Of a stretch of DNA of 64,000 nucleotides, positions 16,689 through 24,869 are shown in pieces. Each line of letters begins with the position of its first letter. Position 1 is the first letter of the stretch. Made by a program: the position numbers and the translations under genes. The notes beneath the pieces are model-generated. The model was not told where the DNA came from. It searched no databases and saw only the letters and a program-made list of their open reading frames with translations. The DNA comes from Bacteroidales bacterium (GTDB lineage: Bacteria; Bacteroidota; Bacteroidia; Bacteroidales; WCHB1-69): positions 3,776 through 67,775 of the forward strand of contig JBBRGJ010000001.1 of NCBI GenBank assembly GCA_038240835.1. Direction: 5' to 3'.

Positions 16689-19001
16689 ATGAAAGTCTGT
16701 ATTGCCGAAAAACCAAGTGTCGCCAAAGAAATTGCCCGTATATTGGGTGCAAATTCGCGTAAAGATGGTTTTTTTGAAGGCAACGATTATCAGGTCACAT
16801 GGACTTATGGCCATTTGTGTACGCTGAAAAGTCCTGATGATTATACCGATCAGTGGAAAAGATGGGATCTCTATGCACTTCCAATGATTCCAACTCGTTT
16901 TGGTCTTAAATTGATCGCAAACGAAGGATCCATCAAACAGTTTAAAGTAATAGAAACTCTTTTAAATTCCTGTGATGAGGTGATAAACTGCGGGGATGCT
17001 GGAATTGAAGGAGAACTTATTCAGCGGTGGGTATTGGCAAAGGCACAATGTACAAAACCTCTCAAACGACTTTGGATATCTTCGCTAACGGACGAAGCCA
17101 TTAAAGAGGGTTTTACAAAGTTAAAACAGGGCAGCGACTTCGATTTATTGTATGCTGCCGGAAATGCCCGTGCCATCAGCGACTGGATTTTGGGAATGAA
17201 TGCCAGCAGACTTTATACACTCAAATATGCCAATGGTAAAGGCGTGTTGTCGGTTGGAAGAGTGCAAACTCCTACATTAGCGCTGCTTGTGCGACGATTT
17301 GAAGAGATTCACAATTTTGTTCCAAAGATCTATTGGGAACTCAAAACTACTTATAGAGAAGTCCTTTTTAATTCTACCAAGGGACGATATGATACGCAGG
17401 AAGATGCAGTTGCTGTATTAGAGAAAATTAAAAGTCATGAGTTTGAAATTGTCTCTTTTGAAAAGAAAAAAGGAACGGAGCAACCTCCTAAACTTTTCGA
17501 TTTAACCTCTCTTCAAGTGGAGTGTAATAAGAAATTTAGCTTTTCGGCAGAAGATACGTTGAAATATATTCAATCGCTCTACGAGAAGAAATTGGTGAGT
17601 TACCCAAGGGTTGATACCACTTTTTTGCCCTTAGATGTCTATCCGAAAATTGAGGGAATTCTGAGAAATATGACACCCTACGCCAATGTAATTGCCCCAC
17701 TGTTGGGGAAACCTATTCGAAAGAGTAAAAAGGTTTTTGATGATAAAAAAATCACCGATCACCACGCTGTTATTCCCACAGGAGTAGCGCCAACGTCGGG
17801 ATTACAACTTTACGAGAAACAAGTATATGATCTAATTGCCAAACGTTTTATCGCCGTTTTCTACCCCGATTGTATTGTGTCGAATACTACTGTCATTGGC
17901 GATGTGGTGGGAACGGAGTTTAAAGCGACTGGAAAAGAGATTTTGGAAGATGGTTGGCGTGTACTTTATCCTAAAAAAGAGTTGGATAAAGAGGAGGGTG
18001 ACAGCGATGAGGAACAATTGATGCCAACTTTTGTCAAAGGAGAACGTGGACCGCATGAACCCGATTTTTTTGAAAAACAGACTCAACCTCCAAAACTACA
18101 CACCGAAGCTACTTTGCTTAGAGCGATGGAAACTGCTGGTAAACAAGTGGATGACGATGAACTGCGTGATTTGATGAAAGAGAATGGAATTGGAAGACCT
18201 TCCACTCGAGCAAATATTATTGAAACTCTTTTTAGACGGAAATATGTAGTCAGAGAGAAGAAGAATTTAGTTCCTACACAAACGGGAATACAATTGATTA
18301 ATACCATTCAAAATGAGTTGCTTAAGTCGGCGGAACTTACTGGAATTTGGGAGAAAAAACTTCGCCAAATTGAACGGGGTGAGTACGATGCAAAGATGTT
18401 TTTGGATGAGATGAAACTGATGGTGGCTCAATTGGTTGCAGATGTGAAAAATGAACACTATTTTGTGATAAATATCGAACAGGATGAGGTTAAAAAAGAG
18501 GCTCCCGAAGCGAAGTCAAAAACTCCTGCAAGCTCCAAAGCCAATGAAGATACTCGTTGTCCAAAATGCAAAAAAGGCAATATTTTAAAAGGAAAATCTG
18601 CTTTTGGTTGCAGTGAGTATAAATCAGGGTGCGATTTTAAAATTGAATTTGAGCAAATGGGAAAAACCCTCACCGATAAACAGATTCTTACGTTGATTTC
18701 TAAAGGGAAATCTCCCAAAATAAAAGGATTTGAAATTGAAGGGAAAAAAGCGAATGGTGTAATTGTTTTAGATTCATCATTTCATGCAAAATTTGAAGCC
18801 GACTCGGAGGAAAAAAGTCAAGTGCCCAAGAAATTAGTCTGCCCAAAATGCGGAAAAGGGGAGATGCTCAAAGGCAAATCTGCATACGGCTGCAGCCACT
18901 TCCGCGAAGGATGCAATTTTGTTGTCTCATTTGATAAGCTAGGAGAAAAAACACCTACTCAAAAAGAACTGGATGAATTGTTCAAAACAGAACATAGATA
19001 G
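16689..19001 (+). CDS. topB: DNA topoisomerase III
   Basis: Toprim start MKVCIAEKPSVA, active-site Tyr context SYPRVDT, and two C-terminal CPKC..GC zinc ribbons. Confidence 0.85.
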   Translation: MKVCIAEKPSVAKEIARILGANSRKDGFFEGNDYQVTWTYGHLCTLKSPDDYTDQWKRWDLYALPMIPTRFGLKLIANEGSIKQFKVIETLLNSCDEVINCGDAGIEGELIQRWVLAKAQCTKPLKRLWISSLTDEAIKEGFTKLKQGSDFDLLYAAGNARAISDWILGMNASRLYTLKYANGKGVLSVGRVQTPTLALLVRRFEEIHNFVPKIYWELKTTYREVLFNSTKGRYDTQEDAVAVLEKIKSHEFEIVSFEKKKGTEQPPKLFDLTSLQVECNKKFSFSAEDTLKYIQSLYEKKLVSYPRVDTTFLPLDVYPKIEGILRNMTPYANVIAPLLGKPIRKSKKVFDDKKITDHHAVIPTGVAPTSGLQLYEKQVYDLIAKRFIAVFYPDCIVSNTTVIGDVVGTEFKATGKEILEDGWRVLYPKKELDKEEGDSDEEQLMPTFVKGERGPHEPDFFEKQTQPPKLHTEATLLRAMETAGKQVDDDELRDLMKENGIGRPSTRANIIETLFRRKYVVREKKNLVPTQTGIQLINTIQNELLKSAELTGIWEKKLRQIERGEYDAKMFLDEMKLMVAQLVADVKNEHYFVINIEQDEVKKEAPEAKSKTPASSKANEDTRCPKCKKGNILKGKSAFGCSEYKSGCDFKIEFEQMGKTLTDKQILTLISKGKSPKIKGFEIEGKKANGVIVLDSSFHAKFEADSEEKSQVPKKLVCPKCGKGEMLKGKSAYGCSHFREGCNFVVSFDKLGEKTPTQKELDELFKTEHR

Positions 19002-19860
19002 CAATTGAACGCGGATTTTTTTGGGGAATAGAGATAGCAGAGAACGCGGATGACGCGGATTTCTTATGATGAACGCGGATTTCTTTTTTTGGATGTTTGA
19101 GGATTTTTAGATAGCAATTGAACGCGGATGACGCTGATTTCTTATGATTAACGCGGATTTTTTTTTGAATGGGCACAAGTTGATCAAAGGTTCTTCGCTA
19201 TTTTGGTGTTTGCCTGCACTCAGATAATCAGATCACTATTTCGCCACTAAGCCATTTATCTACCAGCTTGCGAGGTAGACCAAGATTACTTAAGTTTTTT
19301 TGTCACACTCATTCTCCGCGGCGAAGTGAAGTGTCTCCACCCAAGGCTCTTCTTTATTCTTAATTCTGTATTCTTACTTCTTTCTTTCTTCTCCTTCTTC
19401 TTTTCACCTTTCACGGAAAACCGTTTCACCTTCTTATTTCTTACTTCTGTATTCTTTCTTCTTTCTTCTTCGTTTCACTCCCGATAGGGTTCAGGGTTCA
19501 TGGTGCAGGGTTCAGGGTTTGGTTTTAGTTCTACTTTATTACACGTTCTTCTTGTTTATTGAATTCTTCCTTCCTCTTCTTCTTCTTCTTCATTTCACCT
19601 TTGGTCACTGAGCCTGTCGAAGTGCACTTTTCACGTTTTACCACTAAGGCATTTATCTACCAGCATGCTAGGTAGACTAAGAACACTAAGATTCATTTAT
19701 CTACCAGCCTGCTAGGTAGACTAAGATTTCTTTTCTTCTGTATTCTTTCTTCTTTTTCTTTTTGTCACACTGAGCCTGTCGAAGTGCACCTCCCACCCTT
19801 TGGTCACTGAGCCTGTCGAAGTGCACCTTTCACCTTTCACCTTTCACCCTTCCTCTTTCC
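18996..19860. repeat. modular intergenic repeat block G (865 bp, between convergent topB and the M14 gene)
   Basis: aacgcggat units 18996-19166; hairpin module at 19254-19284, 19651-19681 and 19695-19725. gtcac(ac)tgagcctgtcgaagtgcac at 19604-19627, 19764-19789 and 19803-19826. Also tcagggt heptads 19487-19517 and ttcac / cttactt runs. Confidence 0.85.
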
Positions 19861-21672
19861 CTATCGAAAAACTCCCTTCTTCACCGTCATCAATAAATCC
19901 AACGTAATTTGTTCTGGAACTCTAATCACAGGATATACATTGAAAACTTTGTCCCAGTAAGGCGTTTTTTTATAAAACCAGTTGTAAATGCCATATTGAT
20001 TGTCTCTAAAAAGAGTGTCATTTTTTATCTTTGTTTCAAATTCTAGTTTAAGCGCTGGGTCTTTTTCCATCATTTCGCGCATCATTTTCTCCATTACGTA
20101 AGATTCTGCGTACTCTTTTTGTTCAAAATAGATGTTGAAAAATCCCCATTGCAGAAATGAATCTGGGGAATCGGGCTCAAACATGTGGGCAACTAGTTTT
20201 AATCTCAGTTGTGATACGGGGACAATGATGGAGCCTTTTGGAATCATCACATCTTGCTTGTACATGGAGTTTATCTGACTTTTTACAGTTTGTCTGCCTT
20301 CTGAACTGTTGCCACTCAACTCAATTTTATCGAAAACGGTGACCTCTCCCGGAATGGTAATGTCTGCTTTTGTTCTGAAATACTCTATTTTATGAATGTC
20401 TAAAAGCTCTCCAACAAAAGTGATTTCCGGAGGAATAACGTAGGCGTATGGAAGTGTAACTTGAGATTCTACTTTTAAAGCACGATAATAGGGGATGGAA
20501 AAATTCTCGTTTCGAGTATTATCATATTTAAACCAGTTTCCACCCGTAAGATCGCTCTTGTCCACATCGTAATGCACTCCCTTGAAAGTAGTCATGATGG
20601 AATCGCCACTTGGGACAAATTTTATTGGAAATGGAGCATTGAAAAACTCTTTAGAAACCATCGATTCATCCGCTCTTTTGTTTAAAAACTGAAGGGTGAA
20701 TTTCTCTTTTTTGAATATCTTTAGCGACTCCATTATTAGTTCATAAGTGGCAAATACTCGCGTTTTATACGGTTTTAGCATGTGTGTTTCAATTAGCATA
20801 CAACCTCTGTTACGAGCCGCTGCATAACCATTCATCAACTTTATTGGCGAAACATAATTAATTAATCCACTTCGGGGATCGTGCCAACTTTTGAAAATTA
20901 CGTATGGAAATATGGGGTATCCAAGGGAATCCATTTTTGGCTCTACTTGCTGAATGTATTTGGTCTCCAACCATTTGGATTGCTCTAAATCCATATTGCC
21001 AGAAGTTTCTAAACTGTAAGTGATAGCGTATTGATAATCAGCTCCATCGGTAGTGTGGCAATCAAAAAGGAAATCGGGATTCCATTTGTTGTACATTTTT
21101 AACCAATGTTTCATCTCTATGGCGTCTGCCTTCAGGTAATCCCGGTTTAAATTGTAATTTGCTGCCGTTGTCCGCCAGCCCATCTCCTTGGGACCATTTT
21201 GGTTGATTCGATTGTGAGCGCCCCATCTTTCGTGACCATCTACGTTGAAAATAGGAATAAATAAAATGGTGATATCATCCAATAACTCAATATTTTTCTT
21301 CTTAAAAATTAGGTCTCTAATGAGCATAAAACCTGCATCTTTTCCATCAGGTTCACCCGGATGCACGCACGCTTGAATCAACACCACCACTCTTCCCGAT
21401 TTCTTAATGCTGATGGGATTGGTATAAAAATCCTTGTCGATGATCAGCATTGGAATATCCTTGCCCCGCGCAGACTCGCCAATAGAGACCATGTTCACCA
21501 TTTTTGATTTTTCCTCCAACTCCTTGCAATAATCAACGGTGGCTTTATATGTAGGCGTTTCCAAAAAATCGGAACTTTCAAAATAGGTAGGGGATATGTC
21601 ACCTTTTTGTTGACAAAACACAAATAGAGGATAAATTAAAAGTAAGATTGCAATTGTTTTTTTCATGTTCAA
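19861..21672 (-). CDS. M14 family zinc carboxypeptidase-like protein
   Basis: Signal peptide. Zinc-ligand HxxE motif in the context HPGEPDG, plus NLNRDY and a later His (FDCHTTDG). Confidence 0.75.
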   Translation of the reverse strand: MNMKKTIAILLLIYPLFVFCQQKGDISPTYFESSDFLETPTYKATVDYCKELEEKSKMVNMVSIGESARGKDIPMLIIDKDFYTNPISIKKSGRVVVLIQACVHPGEPDGKDAGFMLIRDLIFKKKNIELLDDITILFIPIFNVDGHERWGAHNRINQNGPKEMGWRTTAANYNLNRDYLKADAIEMKHWLKMYNKWNPDFLFDCHTTDGADYQYAITYSLETSGNMDLEQSKWLETKYIQQVEPKMDSLGYPIFPYVIFKSWHDPRSGLINYVSPIKLMNGYAAARNRGCMLIETHMLKPYKTRVFATYELIMESLKIFKKEKFTLQFLNKRADESMVSKEFFNAPFPIKFVPSGDSIMTTFKGVHYDVDKSDLTGGNWFKYDNTRNENFSIPYYRALKVESQVTLPYAYVIPPEITFVGELLDIHKIEYFRTKADITIPGEVTVFDKIELSGNSSEGRQTVKSQINSMYKQDVMIPKGSIIVPVSQLRLKLVAHMFEPDSPDSFLQWGFFNIYFEQKEYAESYVMEKMMREMMEKDPALKLEFETKIKNDTLFRDNQYGIYNWFYKKTPYWDKVFNVYPVIRVPEQITLDLLMTVKKGVFR

Positions 21673-21702
21673 ATTATTTTTTAAAGCTGATTTTTTTTGA
21701 GA

Positions 21703-22899
21703 TTAATAAGTTAAGCCAAAAAGCCAAAGAGGTATTTTATTTCCAAATCCAATTTCAATATTGTCTAATACAAGAAATCCATTTTCTATATTTGAAATTT
21801 GTTTCTTTGTCTTGTTTTTACCGCCAATTTCAATATTGTATTTTTTTGACACCACAAAATCTGTAGTTTTGGAAAATGCAACATCATGTTTTACACGAAC
21901 TTGATTCATGAAAAATGATTCTCTAACACTGCCAATATTCGTCTGCTCTTCCCCTAAAGCAAAAGCGTAATTGGTGTTTCCTAAATAAATTTTATCCGGT
22001 TTTGTCATTTGTTTTAACCCGTTGGCATCTTTGTGCAACAACATGATTGCCTCTGCTTTGTTTAAATATTGCAGATAATTTAGAAGACTGATGCGAGTTG
22101 TTTCAATATCATGGCTTAGTTGCGAGATGTTTGGAGTAAATGGAACCAGTGATGAAAGAATTGCAAAAAGCTTTTTTATCTTTAAAACAGAATAATAGTC
22201 AATTCGTTCCATGGATGGCAAATCCATTTCAATAATTGTATTTAATGTCGCTAATAATCGTGTGTGATAAAGCTCCTTATCCTCTTTGTAGTATGGGAAA
22301 TATCCATAACGGATGTATTGATTAAAGGCAACTAATGGCTTGAAGTCTTTCCCTAAAGACATGGAAAGATTTATGTGGTTTGTAATTATTTCATCCACAG
22401 TGACAGTATTTGAAATGATACCGTATTCATACTCAAGAAACTCACGAAAAGATAATCCATACAGATGGTATGTTATTGCTCTTCTGCTTAAATCGGCTTC
22501 TCCTTTATATACTTCGAGTATAGAGGATCCCGTAAAAACAATTTTCATTTCTGGATGACTATCATAGATGTTTTTTATCTCTCGTGACCAACCTTTATAA
22601 TTATGTACTTCGTCGAGAAATAGTGCTTTTCCTCCTTGTTTGGCAAATTCGTCAGCTAAATCAACCAATGAATGAGTCGAAAACCATAGGTTGTCAAGAG
22701 ATGCATATAAAGATTCATTGTAATTGTGAGCATAGTTTAGTTTGATATATTGAAGCAATAGGGTTGTCTTGCCAGCACCACGTGAACCTATAATTGCAAT
22801 CAACCTGTTTTGCCAATGAATCTCACTATATAAATATCGTTTAAAATCGATAGATACCCGATTTAATTGTTGAAAATAAGAGGAAAATAGTTGTTGCAT
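21703..22899 (-). CDS. AAA_14-type ATPase with a DUF4143-like C-terminal domain
   Basis: Walker A GSRGAGKTT and Walker B LFLDEVH. Length and C-terminal half are typical of the AAA_14 + DUF4143 architecture (from memory, not searched). Confidence 0.7.
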   Translation of the reverse strand: MQQLFSSYFQQLNRVSIDFKRYLYSEIHWQNRLIAIIGSRGAGKTTLLLQYIKLNYAHNYNESLYASLDNLWFSTHSLVDLADEFAKQGGKALFLDEVHNYKGWSREIKNIYDSHPEMKIVFTGSSILEVYKGEADLSRRAITYHLYGLSFREFLEYEYGIISNTVTVDEIITNHINLSMSLGKDFKPLVAFNQYIRYGYFPYYKEDKELYHTRLLATLNTIIEMDLPSMERIDYYSVLKIKKLFAILSSLVPFTPNISQLSHDIETTRISLLNYLQYLNKAEAIMLLHKDANGLKQMTKPDKIYLGNTNYAFALGEEQTNIGSVRESFFMNQVRVKHDVAFSKTTDFVVSKKYNIEIGGKNKTKKQISNIENGFLVLDNIEIGFGNKIPLWLFGLTY

Positions 22900-22924
22900 G
22901 ATCTTAAAATTAAAATTATTTCAA

Positions 22925-22932
22925 CAAAGATA
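22925..22932 (-). promoter_or_regulatory. -7 box TATCTTTG (minus strand) upstream of the AAA ATPase gene
   Basis: The reverse complement of caaagata matches TAnnTTTG, about 25 nt before ATG 22899. Confidence 0.4.
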
Positions 22933-22972
22933 CTAAATTGTATGATATAAAATACAAATTTAGACAAAAAAT

Positions 22973-23024
22973 GTATTCTGTAAAATACAATTTGTTCTGT
23001 TTTTTGTATTCTGTAAAATACAAT
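22973..23024. repeat. two exact 19-bp direct repeats gtattctgtaaaatacaat, 33 bp apart
   Basis: 22973-22991 and 23006-23024. Each has an internal gtatt..aatac dyad. They lie 75-125 bp upstream of the ATPase start. Confidence 0.8.
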
Positions 23025-23111
23025 CTGTAAATATCAATTCAATAATACTCTAAAATTGGAACCAAAACAAGCCAAAAGATGTCGGGCCCGAAGAGGGGAG
23101 GCGGGGGCGGA

Positions 23112-23207
23112 GTCTGTAAAGTCGAAAGTCTATCAAGTAAAAAGTTTGTAAAGTAAAAAGTCTATCAAGTAGAAAGTTTATAAAGTAGAAAGTCTATAAA
23201 GGAAATA
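23112..23207 (+). repeat. tandem repeat: six 16-bp units (three 32-bp units)
   Basis: gtctgtaaagtcgaaa gtctatcaagtaaaaa gtttgtaaagtaaaaa gtctatcaagtagaaa gtttataaagtagaaa gtctataaaggaaata. Confidence 0.85.
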
Positions 23208-24001
23208 GCCATCAACAGCCATTAGAGATGGCCGATCATAAAGTTAGTAGAGATTTTTTACCAATTTAAAAAAAATACCAAATCATGAAAAGCACCCTCA
23301 GAGCCACACTCTATAGACTTTAAGGACTTTACAGCCTTTCCACTTTAGGTTTTACTACCATTTGAGTGGAAGAGAGCACAAATATCAAAATTGTTATTTA
23401 AAAAATGTCATGCTGAGATTTCATCCAATAAAAATTTGGAAATAAAGGGTTGATGACAGTGAGAAAATTTACCGCTATTTGGGGCTTAGAATAAGCATTG
23501 TGGCTGTTTTAGCGAGCGTCATACTGTCACGATAGCTATCGTGATAGTCGAAGTATTAAAGAAAGAGGTTTATGAAAGCACTTTTTACAGTCCTTCGATT
23601 AACTCAGGAAGACCAGAAAAAGCAACATTCCAATTCTGTCATTGGTAGTTTATCGAAGTCGACATAGTGAGAATATGAAGAAGAATAATAACCGCAGAGC
23701 TCGCTGAGAGAAGGAAAAAAGTTGAGGACGCAGAGGCGCGAAGCGTGGAAAAGAAGAAAAGGAATACAGAATTAAGAATACAGAAGTAAGAAATCTAAGT
23801 CTACCTAGCAAGCTGGTAGATAAATGTCTTAGTGGTGTCTTTCCTTCTCTTCTCTTTTGTACCTTTTGCTACTTTTGTGGTTCAAAAAAAAAACAAAAAG
23901 CGCGAAGCGCCACCGGAAAACCCCAGCATCGCTTCGCGCCCTTTATAAACTTTACAGACTTTATAGACTTTAAGAACTTTCCACTTTAAGGACTTTATTC
24001 C
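23208..24001. repeat. modular intergenic repeat block H (rest of the 1.1-kb ORF-free region)
   Basis: Reverse-oriented modules: ctatagactttaaggactttacag 23311-23334, gaatacagaagtaag 23761-23793, hairpin module 23795-23825 and ctttataaactttacagactttatagactttaag 23941-23975. Also gtcat(g/a)ctg variants at 23407 and 23519. Confidence 0.8.
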
Positions 24002-24628
24002 CTAAAAAAGCACTCCCACACGAACTCCAACAAATTGGTATAGAACTCTGGTTTCTTGATTTGTGGTTAATGTTTTGAATTCAAAATTAAGATCATCAGA
24101 CCATTTTAGTGAGCTCTCTTGCAATTTATATTCAAAAGAGATAACTCCAGCAGCAGATTTAGAAAACATTACTTTCAATCCCAGTCCGCCTGCAAAAAAT
24201 AGTCCTTCGGTCGCACCTTCAATCACCAAATTTTTTGGATCTGGAATTGGCGACTCGTACCATTTGCTCGAATATCCAAAATCGGCACTGATGAATGGTG
24301 AGTAACGACCATATAAGAGATTCGCTCTTAAATCAGCATATAATGGGATAAACGAAGTTCGTTTCCATTTTTCAAAACCTACGCCCATACCCAACGAAAA
24401 ATAAGGATTAAATTGATATCCAACTACTTGGTGCAACGATACGGCCGTGTTCAAATTGGTCATCGTGGTGTTTTCAGCATAACTGATCTCGTTAAATCCA
24501 TTCGCAAAACTAAACGATGAAATATAAATCACCCCACGTTCTTTAAAATCATCCATCTGCTGAGCCTGCATATTCGCAGAAAACCCCATCATAATGACAA
24601 AAACTAAAATAGTATATTTCTTTAGCAT
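24002..24628 (-). CDS. outer-membrane beta-barrel (porin-family) protein
   Basis: Signal peptide, alternating beta-strand pattern, C-terminal VGVRVGVLF. Confidence 0.65.
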   Translation of the reverse strand: MLKKYTILVFVIMMGFSANMQAQQMDDFKERGVIYISSFSFANGFNEISYAENTTMTNLNTAVSLHQVVGYQFNPYFSLGMGVGFEKWKRTSFIPLYADLRANLLYGRYSPFISADFGYSSKWYESPIPDPKNLVIEGATEGLFFAGGLGLKVMFSKSAAGVISFEYKLQESSLKWSDDLNFEFKTLTTNQETRVLYQFVGVRVGVLF

Positions 24629-24835
24629 AAGTATATTTTTTTACAAAAGTACGTTATTTTTTATCAGCTTCTGAAGTGTATGTGCTTTTTTATATATCTC
24701 CAATTTAATAAAAGTTCCTAATCTTCTATGGTATTGATTAAAGATTTTTCATGATAACCTTCTTTAGAATTCCCTTTATTAGAATGTAAATACCTAATCT
24801 GTTTATTTTTTTTTGTTTAAAGTGTTTTATTTTTG

Positions 24836-24843
24836 TATCTTTG
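24836..24843 (+). promoter_or_regulatory. -7 box TATCTTTG upstream of the T9SS cargo gene
   Basis: TAnnTTTG match 27 nt before ATG 24870. Confidence 0.45.
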
Positions 24844-24869
24844 TGTACTTATTTTAAAAATTTCATGTT

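Noticed and set aside
23112-23207. Regularly spaced 16-bp units that superficially resemble a CRISPR array.
   Set aside because: The units are contiguous, with no unique spacers, and are degenerate. The period is 16/32 bp and no cas genes are nearby. It is a plain tandem repeat.
22900-24001. Checked the 1.1-kb ORF-free region by eye for a housekeeping ncRNA (RNase P, tmRNA, SRP RNA, 6S), a tRNA, a retron msr/msd or a group II intron.
   Set aside because: No hallmark strings were found: no RNase P gaggaaagtccggg-type motif, no tmRNA tag reading frame, no tRNA cloverleaf ends, and no RT gene nearby. Recognition by eye is weak, so a cmscan against Rfam is still advisable.
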